The notes beneath the pieces are model-generated. The model worked only from the letters and a program-made list of their open reading frames with translations, was not told the DNA's origin and searched no databases. Position numbers and translations under genes: made by a program. 64,000 nucleotides of DNA from an uncultured Clostridia bacterium. Lineage in GTDB: Bacteria > Bacillota > Clostridia > Christensenellales > UBA1242. Numbering within the stretch: position 1 is the first letter of the stretch; each line of letters opens with the position of its first letter. The DNA lies in NCBI GenBank assembly GCA_934754335.1, contig CAKVHY010000002.1, forward strand, positions 40,761 to 104,760, read 5' to 3'. Of this stretch, positions 54,710 to 64,000 are shown piece by piece.

Positions 54710-57700
54710 ATGAAAGGCAAGACTACAAAAACTAAAACAAAATTTATAGTATCATTGTTGATGGCATTTGCGATGATTTTATCTCCTATCACATCACTAT
54801 TCAATAATTTGGTTTGGGCTGCTGATGAAATTACTTCAGTTGATGGCCAAGAATTGAAAGTTGTTGGATATGAAGAAACTGTTGAATTTGATAGTGAATA
54901 TTATCTTCCAACAGTTAATGGATATAATTTTAAAGATGCTGAATCTAATGGTATTACTTATGAGGTTATTCAAAATAATCCTAATAAGAAATTGACTGAA
55001 ACTGAAGATAAGTCTGGTATTTATCAATCAGCAGAAGCAGGCAATCCATGGTGTTTTAAAGCAACATCTAAAAGAGGTTATGTGTTGAATATCTATGTTC
55101 AACAAACAGGTTCTGTTAAAACTCTTATCAAGAGTTTGAAAATTACTGTAAACACTTCTGATTATACAATTACTCCTGTTGCAAATTCTGAATTCGCAAT
55201 TCCTGCTAAAATTCCTAGCAGTATTACTGAAGTAAAGATTCCTAGACCAGTTGTTAAGGTTGAAGGTGAAGAAATTGAAACAGCAGATTATAATAATCTA
55301 AAGGTTATGGTAAATAATAGCCCTGCAACTTATGATTCAGAGGCTGGTTGCTATAAATATAGCGGACTTAGTGCTGGAAAATATGATATTGTTTATATCT
55401 ATTCAGTAAACGGCGTTGAATTAAAGAGAGTGGATTATCAAAGTTTCACTGTTGTTGATGCAAAAAATTATAACCTAGATGATTTGAAATTGAATGTTGA
55501 ATTTTCAGGCGAAAAACCAACCACTGCTTCAATCGGAAAGGCTATAGAGTTGCCATCTGCTGTGGCTAAAGATCAAAATGGTGACACAATCAATGCTTAT
55601 ATTGAAGTTAAGATTAAAAACGAAACTCATAATGTTGATTGTACTGCAGATTTCGATAAAGAAACATTTAAATTTACTCCATCTTTAACAGGAACTTATA
55701 AGGTTACTTATCAAGCAAAAATCGCTTTATTTGGCGAAAAAGCAGTAAGTGACATTGCTAAAGGCGAGTTCGTTATTGCAAACGTTAAAGATGATATCGC
55801 TCCAACTCCATTAGCAGTTAAAGATTACACTCTAACAGAGAATAAAATCACTGCTATTGATGGTGTTGCAGTTGAATCAGGTGCAACTGAAGAAGCAATC
55901 TTGGAAGCACTTGGTGACGAAAAAGCAAGAGTTGCTAATATCGTTGTAATTCCAAACGGACAAGAAAAAGTTGTTATGGAAAACTTTTTACCAGCAATCT
56001 ATGCTTCAGATAATGCAAGCAAAGGTTATGGCTCATTCGAATTAACAAGAAAATGGAGAAAGAGTTCTGCAGGTAATAGTAATGTTGGTACAACTGCTTG
56101 GAGTACTGAACTTAAGAAAGTTGAAGCAGGTGAATATGGTGAAGGCGTTTATGCAAATAACGAATCAGCATCAGTTATCTTCTCTTCAACAGGAACTTAC
56201 ACATTTGCTTATGTTGCTAAGGACGAAAAAGGCCTAGAAACAAGCAAAACTTACTTCACAGTTAAAGTTATCAAAGAAAGTGAACTTGGTGATTATAAAA
56301 TTAAGCCAGACCTAAAAGTTGGTAATATTGTTACTGAAATTTATGAAAATCAAACATTATCTTTTGCAAAACCTGTTGCAACTGATAAAAATGCAACTAA
56401 ATTAGATTCAAATATTGATGTTGTAACTAAATTGGAAGTTTATGCCACTGGCGAAACAGATGCAGTTAAAACATTAGATATGGAAGAATATTTTAATGAA
56501 AAAACTGAAAAGTATGAAATCAAAGTTAGTGCAATTAAAGCATTAAGCGAATTAACTGGCAAGACTTTAGATTCATTAAAATTGGTTGTTGAGGCTCATA
56601 ATGATATTTATAACCAAACAAACTTAGAGTCCGCTAATAGAGAAGAAGCATTAAATAGAATTGAAAAAGAAATTAAAGTTTTAGCAATAAATGATACAAA
56701 TGCTCCTGAATTTGCTTACGAAGAAGGTAGTTTGGGTGCTGGTTTAGTTGCTGTAAACGAAAATCTAAGCGGAAAAACTCTTCAAGATAATGGCTTAATT
56801 GCAGGAACAAATGAATATCCATTTGCTCAAGGTTCTGTAATTACTCTTCCAGCAGTTAATTTCACAGATAAAGATAAAAATACAACTGTTTCTATTAACA
56901 TTGTTAATGAAAACGGAAACCCTATTTATCTACTTTCAGACGTAGATACAAATAAAACAAAAACTGTTACAAGAACTAAAGTTGGCGATGATTATAAATT
57001 AGTTGTTAAAGATGCTAAGTTCGAAGCAACATTTGGTGGTTTATACACAGTAACTTATACTGCTAAAGATCACTATGGTAATATCACAACAAAAGCATTC
57101 GGTATTAGAGTTGATGGAAGCGAAGTTCCTTCAATTATCGTTGCTGATTTCCCACAAACTGCAGGAATTAATGAATATTTTGAGTATCCTGAACTATCAC
57201 TTAGTGATGGAACTAAATTAAATTCAGAAAATGCAACTATCACATTGTTCCCAGCAGAAGGTTTTGCAGGTGATGAAAGTGCTAGCGGATTTACTCCTGA
57301 TGTTACAGGAACTTATGTAATTGAATATAAATGGGGAACTGATAATGTTCAAAAGTTCTTCCTTGAAGTTCAAGATGAAATTGCTCCAGTAATTGAAGAG
57401 GACTATAGCATTGGTTACTTTGAAACTCATAAGTTTGAAAAGAAATTCTCATACACTAAAGGCGAAGAAAATATTATCTACGTTCCTATGTTTGCAGTAA
57501 GCGATCAAAATGGCAACATGAAGGAAGAATATGCAACTATTAAGATCACAGATCCAAATGGTGCAACTGTAACTCCTACTAAATTAACTGATCAATCTGC
57601 TTACACATTCGTTGCTCAAGAAGGAACTTATACTGTAACTTACTCTGCTAAAGATAAAGCAGGTAACTCAGCAGAACCAGTTTCATTCAAAATTGAAGTT

Positions 57701-58195
57701 GGTAACTGTAATTATCCAGTAATCTCTTGGAAGAATAGCGATAGCATTCCTTCAACTGCGTCTCTTGGAAAATTCACAATCCCATTTGCTGATTTAATTA
57801 TCACAGATGAAGATGCGTCAACTAACGGTGATACAAGCGAAGCATTAAAAGCCTTAATGGAAAGTTCATCTGATGCCTTCACTTTAGTTGGACCAGATGG
57901 AAAAACTGTTGAAAATATTTATGATGGCGAAGGTAAAGGTTGGGTTTATGACTTAACTCAAACTGGTGATTATAAATTAACAGTAGTTGTTAGAGATAAT
58001 GCAAATCATAAAACAACTAAAACTTACACAATTAACGTTCCAGCAGAATCAAAAGAAAACACTACTAATATTTCTAACACAGTTGGAACAGTATTGATTG
58101 TACTTTCTATTGTAATCTTGGGTGGAGTTGTTGTTTACTTCTTATTCTCAACTAAGAAAGCACCTGCTTCAAACAAAAAAGCAAAAAGAAAATAA
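54710..58195 (+). CDS. Surface protein (1161 aa) with >=7 Ig-like (DUF5011/HYR-like) modules and a C-terminal TM anchor
   Basis: Signal peptide (LVWA|AD). Recurrent G(T/L/D)Y.(V/F).Y.AKD..GN......F.I.V module ends. C-terminus VGTVLIVLSIVILGGVVVYFLFSTKKAPASNKKAKRK. SD AAGGAG lies 13 nt from the ATG (long). Confidence 0.85.
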   Translation: MKGKTTKTKTKFIVSLLMAFAMILSPITSLFNNLVWAADEITSVDGQELKVVGYEETVEFDSEYYLPTVNGYNFKDAESNGITYEVIQNNPNKKLTETEDKSGIYQSAEAGNPWCFKATSKRGYVLNIYVQQTGSVKTLIKSLKITVNTSDYTITPVANSEFAIPAKIPSSITEVKIPRPVVKVEGEEIETADYNNLKVMVNNSPATYDSEAGCYKYSGLSAGKYDIVYIYSVNGVELKRVDYQSFTVVDAKNYNLDDLKLNVEFSGEKPTTASIGKAIELPSAVAKDQNGDTINAYIEVKIKNETHNVDCTADFDKETFKFTPSLTGTYKVTYQAKIALFGEKAVSDIAKGEFVIANVKDDIAPTPLAVKDYTLTENKITAIDGVAVESGATEEAILEALGDEKARVANIVVIPNGQEKVVMENFLPAIYASDNASKGYGSFELTRKWRKSSAGNSNVGTTAWSTELKKVEAGEYGEGVYANNESASVIFSSTGTYTFAYVAKDEKGLETSKTYFTVKVIKESELGDYKIKPDLKVGNIVTEIYENQTLSFAKPVATDKNATKLDSNIDVVTKLEVYATGETDAVKTLDMEEYFNEKTEKYEIKVSAIKALSELTGKTLDSLKLVVEAHNDIYNQTNLESANREEALNRIEKEIKVLAINDTNAPEFAYEEGSLGAGLVAVNENLSGKTLQDNGLIAGTNEYPFAQGSVITLPAVNFTDKDKNTTVSINIVNENGNPIYLLSDVDTNKTKTVTRTKVGDDYKLVVKDAKFEATFGGLYTVTYTAKDHYGNITTKAFGIRVDGSEVPSIIVADFPQTAGINEYFEYPELSLSDGTKLNSENATITLFPAEGFAGDESASGFTPDVTGTYVIEYKWGTDNVQKFFLEVQDEIAPVIEEDYSIGYFETHKFEKKFSYTKGEENIIYVPMFAVSDQNGNMKEEYATIKITDPNGATVTPTKLTDQSAYTFVAQEGTYTVTYSAKDKAGNSAEPVSFKIEVGNCNYPVISWKNSDSIPSTASLGKFTIPFADLIITDEDASTNGDTSEALKALMESSSDAFTLVGPDGKTVENIYDGEGKGWVYDLTQTGDYKLTVVVRDNANHKTTKTYTINVPAESKENTTNISNTVGTVLIVLSIVILGGVVVYFLFSTKKAPASNKKAKRK

Positions 58196-58208
58196 CCCTT
58201 AAAATTTA

Positions 58209-58238
58209 GAAGAACCGATATTATTCGGTTCTTTTTTA
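58209..58238 (+). terminator. Rho-independent terminator after the 1161-aa surface protein gene
   Basis: AGAACCGA-TATTAT-TCGGTTCT then T6. Confidence 0.85.
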
Positions 58239-58340
58239 TCTTTAAAGACTTGTTTAAAAGTTTGTTAATATGTAAACAATAATATTAAATATTTTTTACT
58301 TTTTATATGTTTTATGCTAAAATGGAGTATAGGTGAAAAT

Positions 58341-58700
58341 ATGCTTGATAAATTAAATTCTAAATTGCTAAAAGTGTTAAACGAGCAATGCATTGGTGCT
58401 AATTATAAGGTTTTGGAAATTAGCGACATATTAATAAAAATGAAGAAATTCAAATTAGATGAAGAAGGATTGAAGAAAAACCTTGAGTTTTTGCAAGAAA
58501 GAAACTTCGTTGATTTAAAATACTTTGATGAAAATGAGATTTGTTTAAGTATTTTGCCTAAGGGCAGAGTACATAATGAAGAAGTGGAAGAAGAGAAAAG
58601 GGAGAAGATTGATTATTATAAATTGGCTATAATTTCCAGTTTGGGTTCTGCAATATTTGCGTTTCTTGGCGGATTTTTAGCATTTATATTATTAAAATAA
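58341..58700 (+). CDS. Tail-anchored small protein, N-terminal winged-helix-like domain plus C-terminal TM (119 aa)
   Basis: ATG 58341 follows AGGTGA; the listed ATG 58314 has no SD. C-terminal TM AIISSLGSAIFAFLGGFLAFILL. Confidence 0.7.
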   Translation: MLDKLNSKLLKVLNEQCIGANYKVLEISDILIKMKKFKLDEEGLKKNLEFLQERNFVDLKYFDENEICLSILPKGRVHNEEVEEEKREKIDYYKLAIISSLGSAIFAFLGGFLAFILLK

Positions 58701-58709
58701 GGGTTTAAG

Positions 58710-59069
58710 ATGTTATCTAAAAAAGAAAGAGTTGTAATGCAATATATTTATTCGCTCTGTCAGAAAAAGGGAAGTTGTTTGCTTTCCAGTTCTGATATTT
58801 CTTCCGCTGTTGCTGAAACGATTGATTTAAGCCTATATGAAGTTGATGAAATTATAAGCAATTTAGTGCTTGAAAGTTATATAACCGCTGTTAATAGTGA
58901 TAAAAATGGCAGGCCAGTTTACTGTATTTCACTTAATTCAAAAGGTGCGTCTTTTGAAAGAGATAGGAAGAACCAAAAGAAAGCGGTTATTAAGATAGTG
59001 ATAAGAACAATATTGGTTGCGTGCTTGTCTTTCGCGGTAACTTGTATTTTAAAAGCCATCTTTTCATAA
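58710..59069 (+). CDS. Tail-anchored small protein, paralogous architecture to 58341..58700 (119 aa)
   Basis: 9 nt after the previous stop. N-terminal ~75 aa wHTH-like, basic linker, C-terminal TM IVIRTILVACLSFAVTCILKAIF. Confidence 0.7.
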   Translation: MLSKKERVVMQYIYSLCQKKGSCLLSSSDISSAVAETIDLSLYEVDEIISNLVLESYITAVNSDKNGRPVYCISLNSKGASFERDRKNQKKAVIKIVIRTILVACLSFAVTCILKAIFS

Positions 59070-59106
59070 AATAGAGTGGCTTTATTTTAATTGAAAAGGT
59101 ATATTA

Positions 59107-61077
59107 ATGGAAAAAGAGAAAAGAAAATTTGAATTAGTTAGTAAATATAAGCCAACTGGTGACCAACCAACTGCAATTAATGGAATTGTGGAAGGTATTA
59201 AAGATGGTTTAAGATATCAAACGATTTTGGGTGTTACTGGTAGTGGTAAAACTTTTACTATGGCTAATATTATAAATAAACTTAATAGACCAGCCCTAGT
59301 TATTGCACATAACAAAACTTTGGCGGGGCAACTTTGCAACGAGTTTAGAGAGTTTTTTCCAAATAATAGAGTGGAATACTTTGTAAGTTATTATGATTAT
59401 TATCAACCCGAAGCCTACATGGTTTCCAGCGATACTTATATTGAAAAAGATATGAGTATTAATGATGAAATAGATAAGTTAAGGCATTCTGCCACTTGTT
59501 CGCTTTTTGAAAGAAATGATGTTATAGTTGTTGCCAGTGTTTCTTGTATTTATGGCTTAGGTGCACCTGAAAATTATTCAAGCATGTGTCTGTCCTTAAG
59601 GCCAAACGATGAGATTGAAAAAAATGCGGTTATAAAGCAATTAATAAATCTTCAATATCAGCGAAACGAAATGGAATTTAAGCGTGGATCATTCAGGTCA
59701 AAAGGTGATATTTTAGATATTATTCCGCCAAACAAGAGTGAAACAGGCATAAGGATTGAGTTTTTTGGTGACACAATTGAAAGCATTAGTGAGATAGAAG
59801 TTTTGACTGGCAAAAAACTTAACTCACTTGAACATTGTTTCTTATTGCCAGCCACACACTATGCGATAGATTCTAGCAAGATGGAAGAAGTTTTTGAGCA
59901 GATTAAGCATGATTGCTTGGTCAGACAAAAGGAATTTGAATCTCAAGGTAAACTTATTGAAGCACAAAGAATAAAAGAAAGAGTTTTCTATGACTTAGAG
60001 ATGATGAAAGAAGTTGGTTATTGTTCGGGCATAGAAAATTACTCAAGATATTTTGATGGCAGAAAAGCGGGTGAACCGCCTTACACTTTGCTTGATTACT
60101 TTCCAAAAGATTTTGTTGTGTTTATAGATGAAAGTCATATAACAATTCCGCAAATTAGGGGAATGTTTGCAGGTGATTTGGCTAGAAAAACAAACTTAGT
60201 TGATTATGGATTTAGATTGCCGGCGGCCTATGATAATAGACCTTTAAATTTTTCTGAGTTTGAAGGGAAGATAAATCAGGCAGTGTTTGTTTCCGCCACG
60301 CCGGGCAAATGGGAGTTAGATAATAGCGACAATGTGGTTGAACAAATCATAAGACCAACTGGCTTGCTAGATCCAAAAGTTGAAATCAGACCTATCAAAA
60401 ATCAGATTGACGATTTGATTGGCGAGATTTATAGTACTATTGAAAACGATGGACGAGTTTTAGTTACAACTTTAACTAAGAAAATGGCTGAAAGTTTGAC
60501 GGATTATCTTGGCGAACGTGGAATAAAGGTTAGATATTTGCATTCAGATATTGATACTCTTGATAGAATGAATATTATAAACTCTCTAAGAGCCAAGGAA
60601 TTTGATGTGTTAATTGGAATTAACTTGCTAAGAGAAGGTTTAGATATACCTGAAGTGAAATTAGTGGCAATCCTTGATGCTGATAAAGAAGGATTCCTTA
60701 GAAGCGAATGGGCATTAATCCAAACTATCGGAAGGGCGAGCAGAAATAGTGAAAGTAAAGTTATTTTGTATGCGGACGTTATGACTGATGCCATTAAAAA
60801 AGCGGTTAGTGAAACTGAAAGAAGAAGAAATATTCAGATGAAATATAACGAAGAGCATCATATAACACCAACCACAATTATAAAACCTATCAAAAACACC
60901 CTAGAAATAACTAAGAAAGCAAAAACTGAAAAGAAAAAGAAGTTAACAAAGGCTGAAACGTTGGCTGAAATTGATAGGCTTGAAACATTAATGAAGATAT
61001 CTGCTGAAGAATTAGATTTTGAAGTTGCTATCAAATTTAGAGAAGAAATAAAGAAATTAAAAGAAAATATAAAATAA
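59107..61077 (+). CDS. uvrB: Excinuclease ABC subunit B
   Basis: [20 protein letters not shown] beta-hairpin region, FIDESH, helicase motifs, C-terminal UVR domain [18 protein letters not shown]. Confidence 0.97.
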   Translation: MEKEKRKFELVSKYKPTGDQPTAINGIVEGIKDGLRYQTILGVTGSGKTFTMANIINKLNRPALVIAHNKTLAGQLCNEFREFFPNNRVEYFVSYYDYYQPEAYMVSSDTYIEKDMSINDEIDKLRHSATCSLFERNDVIVVASVSCIYGLGAPENYSSMCLSLRPNDEIEKNAVIKQLINLQYQRNEMEFKRGSFRSKGDILDIIPPNKSETGIRIEFFGDTIESISEIEVLTGKKLNSLEHCFLLPATHYAIDSSKMEEVFEQIKHDCLVRQKEFESQGKLIEAQRIKERVFYDLEMMKEVGYCSGIENYSRYFDGRKAGEPPYTLLDYFPKDFVVFIDESHITIPQIRGMFAGDLARKTNLVDYGFRLPAAYDNRPLNFSEFEGKINQAVFVSATPGKWELDNSDNVVEQIIRPTGLLDPKVEIRPIKNQIDDLIGEIYSTIENDGRVLVTTLTKKMAESLTDYLGERGIKVRYLHSDIDTLDRMNIINSLRAKEFDVLIGINLLREGLDIPEVKLVAILDADKEGFLRSEWALIQTIGRASRNSESKVILYADVMTDAIKKAVSETERRRNIQMKYNEEHHITPTTIIKPIKNTLEITKKAKTEKKKKLTKAETLAEIDRLETLMKISAEELDFEVAIKFREEIKKLKENIK

Positions 61078-61163
61078 TATTTATTTAATAAATTGAATAA
61101 TTATACACAAGCGTGTTTTGTATAATATTCATATTTCGATATTTTTATAATCTATAAATTAAA

Positions 61164-61204
61164 AATAAAATCACTTTAAAAATAGTAGGTGATTTTATTT
61201 TTTG
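61164..61204 (+). terminator. Rho-independent terminator between uvrB and uvrA
   Basis: AATAAAATCAC (14-nt loop) GTGATTTTATT then T-run. It separates uvrB from uvrA transcriptionally. Confidence 0.7.
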
Positions 61205-61312
61205 TTTGTTCATAAAGCGAGTTTCTAAATGAACTAAATATTATAATCTGATTTCTAGAAAATAAATGTTTATGTATAAATATTCGTTGTTATAATAGTG
61301 ACTAGAATAATA

Positions 61313-61340
61313 AATATTCAAAAAATTGTTTTTGAATATT
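61313..61340. promoter_or_regulatory. Perfect palindrome AATATTCAAAAA-ATTG-TTTTTGAATATT upstream of the uvrA promoter
   Basis: 12-bp arms with a 4-nt spacer, ending 10 nt before the -35 hexamer. Confidence 0.5.
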
Positions 61341-61350
61341 AAAATAATTA

Positions 61351-61379
61351 TTGACAAGAATTATAATTAAGGGTAAACT
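61351..61379 (+). promoter_or_regulatory. Candidate promoter of uvrA (TTGACA-17-TAAACT)
   Basis: TTGACA 61351-61356, TAAACT 61374-61379. Preceded by the 12-bp palindrome at 61313-61340. Confidence 0.45.
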
Positions 61380-61419
61380 ATTATAGATTAGAACAAAGTT
61401 TTCAAATAAGAAGGGAAAA

Positions 61420-64000
61420 ATGTTAGAAGATATAGTAATTGTTGGGGCAAGAGAAAACAATTTAAAAAATGTAAGTTTAACAATTCCAAGAAATAGATTG
61501 GTTGTTTTTACAGGCGTTAGTGGAAGCGGAAAGAGTACGCTTGCATTTGATACAATTTTTGCAGAAGGTCAAAGGCGTTATATTGAAAGTTTGAGTAGTT
61601 ATGCAAGAATGTTTTTGGGGCAAATGGCAAAACCGGACGTTGATAGGATTGATGGATTATCTCCAGCAATTTCTATTGACCAAAAAACCACGTCTAATAA
61701 TCCAAGAAGTATTGTGGGAACGGTAACGGAAATCTATGATTACTTAAGATTACTTTATGCACATTTAGGTACGCCATATTGTCCAAATTGTAATAAGCCG
61801 ATTAAATCTCAAACTATTGATACAATAATTGATAAAATCATGGAAATTGAAGCAGGTACTAAACTTATGATTTTAGCACCTATAGCACAAGGCAAAAAAG
61901 GTACTTTTGTTAGCGAGTTTGATGATTTAAGAAAAAATGGCTATGCAAGAGTTATGGTTGATGGCAAAGTATTTGGCTTAGATGAAGAAATTGCTTTAGA
62001 AAAAAATACAAAGCATAATGTTTCAGTTGTGGTTGATAGATTGGTTATGAAGCCAGAAATCAGAAACAGACTAACGGAGAGTGTGGAAACAGCGATAAAA
62101 TTAACTGATGGCTTTGTTGTAACAAAAATTGGCGAAGAAGAAACTATTTTTAGCACAAAATTTTCTTGTACTGAATGTGGTTATAGTATTTCTGAAATAT
62201 TGCCTAGAAATTTCAGTTTTAATAGTCCTTTTGGTGCTTGCTCAGATTGTGATGGCTTAGGTTTTAAACAAATTATAGACGTTGAAAAGATTGTTAAAGC
62301 ACCAAAACTATCCTTGCTTGAAGGTGCTATTTATGCGTCTGGCTGGGGTTATGACTCCACAATGGCCACAATTTTCTATAAATCTGTGGCAGATTATTTT
62401 AAAGTTGATATGAATACGCCTTGGAACAAACTCCCAAAAGTCATGCAAGAAATGGTTTTGTATGGAACAAAAGGTGAGAAGATTAAAGCCAAAGATGCAT
62501 ACTGGTTGAGAAACACAGATAGCATGAGTTTTGAAGGCGTTATTCCAAACTTGGAAAGAAGATTTAGGGAAACTCAAAGCGATGTTGTTAAAACTGAACT
62601 TGGCAAACTTTTAAAAGAAGTTGAGTGTCCAACTTGCCATGGCGATAGATTAAAAAAAGAATCACTATATGTGAAGATAAATAAAAAAAATATTGTGCAG
62701 TTTTGCGATATGTCTGTTAAAGATGCATATGAATTTGTCAAAACAATTTCCTATACAAAATCTCAGGAAACATTTGTGTTGCCAATTTTAAAAGAAATAA
62801 ACGCAAGATTGAAATTTTTAATTGATGTTGGGCTAGATTATTTAACTTTATCTAGAAAAGCAGGAACTTTAAGTGGTGGTGAAGCACAAAGAATTAGGCT
62901 AGCCACTCAAATTGGAAGTGGATTAACAGGAGTTTTATATATATTAGATGAACCAAGTATTGGTTTGCATCAACGTGATAACGATAAACTTATTGGCACA
63001 TTAAAGCATTTGCGCGATTTAGGCAATAGTGTTATTGTGGTTGAACATGATGAAGATACAATGCGGGAAGCGGATTTTATTGTGGATATCGGTCCTTATG
63101 CCGGTGTTCATGGTGGAGAAGTGGTGGCTTCAGGAACGCTTGAAGATATAATGAAAGAACCAAGAAGTATTACAGGAAAATACTTAAGTGGGGAAGAAAA
63201 AATATTAGTTCCATCTAAAAGAAGGAAGATTGAAAGAGGATATCTTTCAATAAAAGGTGCAAAACAAAATAACTTAAAAAATGTGAATGTGGATATCCCA
63301 ATTGGGATTTTCACGTGTATAACCGGTGTTAGCGGAAGTGGAAAGAGTAGTTTAGTAAATGAAATTTTGTATCCGGCAGTGTATAATTATGTAAACAAAA
63401 GTGAGTTGAAAGAAGGCAAATATTCTAAGATTTTGGGCATGGAGAATATAGATAAGGTTATTAATATCGACCAAAGCCCAATAGGTAAAACTCCTAGAAG
63501 TAACCCTGCCACATATGTTGGCGTGTTTACAGATATAAGGGATTTATTTGCCACCACTCCTGATGCTAAAGAAAGGGGTTATAATAGCGGAAGATTTAGT
63601 TTTAATGTTAGTGGCGGTAGGTGCGAAAACTGCGGAGGTGCTGGCGTTAATAAGATTGAGATGTTCTTCTTGCCAGATGTTTATGTAACATGTGATGTGT
63701 GCGGTGGAAAGAGATATAATAGAGAAACATTGCAGGTTAAATATAAGGGCAAAACAATCTATGATGTTTTGGATATGACCATAGAAGAAGCAAACAAATT
63801 CTTTGAAAATATCCCTAAAATTAAGCAAAAATTACAAACTTTAGTAGATGTTGGGTTAGGCTATATAAAGATAGGACAACCAGCCACGGAACTTAGCGGT
63901 GGCGAAGCACAAAGAGTTAAACTTGCAAGTGAACTATGCAAGAAAAGTACTGGCAAATCTTTATATATTCTAGATGAACCAACCACAGGTTTGCATTTAT
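61420..64000 (+). CDS. uvrA: Excinuclease ABC subunit A (3'-truncated by window edge; absent from supplied ORF track)
   Basis: My translation from ATG 61420 (SD AAGGGA) reads MLEDIVIVGARENNLKNVSLTIPRNRLVVFTGVSGSGKSTLAFDTIFAEGQRRYIESLSSYARMFLGQ... Also Zn modules CPNCNKPI, CTECGY..CSDCDGLG, CPTCHGDRL, CENCGG..CDVCGGKRY, two LSGGEAQR, and a second Walker A GVSGSGKSSLV. Open to nt 64000. Confidence 0.96.
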   Translation, partial: MLEDIVIVGARENNLKNVSLTIPRNRLVVFTGVSGSGKSTLAFDTIFAEGQRRYIESLSSYARMFLGQMAKPDVDRIDGLSPAISIDQKTTSNNPRSIVGTVTEIYDYLRLLYAHLGTPYCPNCNKPIKSQTIDTIIDKIMEIEAGTKLMILAPIAQGKKGTFVSEFDDLRKNGYARVMVDGKVFGLDEEIALEKNTKHNVSVVVDRLVMKPEIRNRLTESVETAIKLTDGFVVTKIGEEETIFSTKFSCTECGYSISEILPRNFSFNSPFGACSDCDGLGFKQIIDVEKIVKAPKLSLLEGAIYASGWGYDSTMATIFYKSVADYFKVDMNTPWNKLPKVMQEMVLYGTKGEKIKAKDAYWLRNTDSMSFEGVIPNLERRFRETQSDVVKTELGKLLKEVECPTCHGDRLKKESLYVKINKKNIVQFCDMSVKDAYEFVKTISYTKSQETFVLPILKEINARLKFLIDVGLDYLTLSRKAGTLSGGEAQRIRLATQIGSGLTGVLYILDEPSIGLHQRDNDKLIGTLKHLRDLGNSVIVVEHDEDTMREADFIVDIGPYAGVHGGEVVASGTLEDIMKEPRSITGKYLSGEEKILVPSKRRKIERGYLSIKGAKQNNLKNVNVDIPIGIFTCITGVSGSGKSSLVNEILYPAVYNYVNKSELKEGKYSKILGMENIDKVINIDQSPIGKTPRSNPATYVGVFTDIRDLFATTPDAKERGYNSGRFSFNVSGGRCENCGGAGVNKIEMFFLPDVYVTCDVCGGKRYNRETLQVKYKGKTIYDVLDMTIEEANKFFENIPKIKQKLQTLVDVGLGYIKIGQPATELSGGEAQRVKLASELCKKSTGKSLYILDEPTTGLHL

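Noticed and set aside
61390-61403. AGAACAAAGTTTTC between the uvrA -10 box and the SD, as a possible LexA/Cheo box.
   Set aside because: Only the GAAC half matches GAAC-N4-GTTC; the second half is TTTT.
1-64000. Prophage, ICE, transposon, CRISPR-Cas, restriction-modification or toxin-antitoxin content.
   Set aside because: I saw no integrase, transposase, terminase, Cas, methyltransferase/endonuclease pair or compact TA-like gene pair in any frame. No tRNA or rRNA genes are evident in the intergenic regions.

Overview
AT-rich (about 30% GC by eye, not computed) chromosomal segment, standard genetic code. It most likely comes from a small-genome, low-GC Firmicute of sporulating ancestry: spoVT, a yabM/spoVB-like flippase, ylbJ, tmcAL/ylbM, a PBP5-type DD-carboxypeptidase, PFOR and pta-ackA are all present. 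I call 46 protein genes, 39 on the + strand. I recognise no rRNA, tRNA, CRISPR array, integrase, transposase or prophage genes. All product calls rest on motif recognition from memory; no similarity search was run.

Housekeeping content: ung, PFOR (nifJ), truA, rplM-rpsI, an ABC exporter, spoVT plus flippase, two HU genes, dusB, pgk-tpiA-gpmI, deoC, ylbJ, tmcAL, pta-ackA, rpmF, uvrB and uvrA.

Two genes run off the window, so the supplied ORF track omits or truncates them:
- uvrA (61420 to the window end) is absent from the track.
- The first gene is open from nt 2.

Several listed starts were moved to SD-supported codons: PFOR to a TTG at 11031, pgk to 32622, patatin to 5458, plus 12001, 17984 and 58341.

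The striking property of the window is that about 35% of it (22.4 kb, summed from coordinates) encodes seven very large extracytoplasmic proteins wedged between conserved housekeeping blocks. None has an LPXTG, SLH or choline-binding type anchor that I can see.

Best leads:
1. A perfect 12-bp G6/C6 inverted repeat brackets the -10 box of one BspA-like LRR gene.
2. Two BspA-like paralogs share near-identical 125-nt cassettes and a common N-terminal I[FY]AAT-G signal, which the 1948-aa giant protein also carries.
3. A phosphopentomutase homolog has lost its catalytic motifs.
4. A pair of equal-length, tail-anchored winged-helix-like proteins lies next to a surface protein gene.
5. A three-gene insertion splits the normally contiguous truA-rplM junction.

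I see no complete, recognisable defence, secretion or mobile system. The novelty claims are hypotheses.
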